Of a stretch of 64,000 bases of DNA, positions 62,950 to 64,000 are shown piece by piece. Where the stretch lies: contig NC_042998.1 in assembly GCF_006345805.1 (NCBI RefSeq), positions 184,078,001-184,142,000 on the forward strand. The letters are read 5' to 3'. Below the pieces are notes generated by a model that was not told where the DNA came from, ran no database searches, and worked only from the letters and a program-made list of their open reading frames with translations. The translations under genes and the position numbers were made by a program. Every line of letters begins with the position of its first letter. Positions within the stretch are counted from its first letter, which is position 1. This stretch comes from Octopus sinensis. Its lineage: Eukaryota.

Positions 62950-63345
62950 CCAATTTCGCATAGCCCCAGCCCATTCAAAGTACCTTGGATTGCAGTTACC
63001 TTGGATCATAGGGTGACCTGCTGTGCTTGAGGAGACCTATTGAGTCAAGTACATCATCATCAAAATAAATATCAAATGGAAATTGTAGTTACGATACCTG
63101 TGCTAGTGGCACGTAAAAAGCACCATCCGAATGTGGCCGATGCCAGTACTGCCTTGACTGGCTTCCATGCCGGTGACATGTAAAAAGCACCCACTACACT
63201 CATGGAGTGGTTGGCGTTAGGAAGGGCATCAAGCTGTAGACTGGAGCCTGGTGTAGCCTCCTGGCTTCCAGACCCCGGTCGAACTGTCCAAGCCATGCTA
63301 GCACGGAAAACGGACGTTAAACGATGATGATGATGATGATGATGA
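62950..63345 (+). mobile_element. RTE family A-related 3'UTR fragment
   Basis: Ends ccatgctagcacggaaaacggacgttaaacgatgatg. Confidence 0.85.
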
Positions 63346-63784
63346 TTCAAGCTAGAAACAAATTGATTGTCCATTTTGCATTAGGACACAGACACATCTG
63401 TTTAAGGAGTAAAAAATTTATCAAGTGTCAGAACAGATAATGAAACTGTTGTAACATCATTTTTCAGTTTCTTAATTGCTTAAAAGTATTTAACCAATAT
63501 TTGAAAATACTAATATGTTTAATTCCATGTTAGGTTGTTGCTATTGTTGTAAAATATTTCATCCAATTTCAGTAATATAGGAAAAATTCCATTATAATGA
63601 AATTAATCAGGTAGGAAAAAAATTTGCCGTGACGAAAAATTCTCGTTATCAAATTACCAAAAACAAATCATAAAGATACTTGTATTCCTGTAGTACATGA
63701 ATTTCTACAGTTCTATCTATTCTTATGGTTTGTGACAGAATTATTATGATTCTTTGTTAATTGTTTTAATTATTTCATCATTAT

Positions 63785-64000
63785 TGTCATCATCATCGTT
63801 TAACATCCGCTTTCCATGCTAGCATGGGTTGGACGATTTTGACTAAGGGCTGGCGAACCAGATGGCTGCACCAGGTTCCAATCTTGATCTGGCAGAGTTT
63901 CTACCGCTGGATGCCCTTCCTAACGCCAACCACTCAGAGAGTGTAGTGGATGCTTTTTACATGCCGCCAGTCAGGTGGCCAGTCAGGCGGTTCTGGCAAC
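63785..64000 (-). mobile_element. RTE family A 3'UTR, runs off window edge
   Basis: catcatcatcgtttaacatccgctttccatgctagcatgg. Confidence 0.9.

Noticed and set aside
1883-64000. Strand bias of RTE tails as evidence for a host transcription unit
   Set aside because: Roughly 14 minus versus 9 plus; too weak to support.

Overview
AT-rich, microsatellite-saturated eukaryotic DNA made almost entirely of transposable elements. The repeat repertoire points to an Octopus genome (inference from remembered repeat families, not a database search). I found no convincing host exon, rRNA, true tRNA gene or CRISPR array, and most ORFs in the track are microsatellite or antisense artefacts. Contents: (i) one dominant RTE-clade LINE (YADD RT with an embedded PHD-like C4HC3 finger; modular 3'UTR ending in a CCATGCTAGCATGG palindrome and (GAT)n tail), in three long copies and about 20 tail fragments; (ii) other LINE remnants (C2H2-finger RTE ends, a GC-rich RTE with 15-bp TSD, CR1 ends, an R4/Dong-type end); (iii) four tRNA-derived SINE families, several with clean TSDs; (iv) a decayed Gypsy element, mariner/Tc1 and hAT remnants, and piggyBac-, Tigger- and hAT-type MITEs; (v) Penelope-like GIY-YIG fragments. 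The most notable signals are two apparently intact type I hammerhead ribozymes (minus strand, 20622-20694 and 24684-24766) plus several decayed ones from unrelated short repeat families, a 22-bp satellite that expanded inside a hAT MITE, two long fold-back hairpins, and several reconstructable nested insertions.
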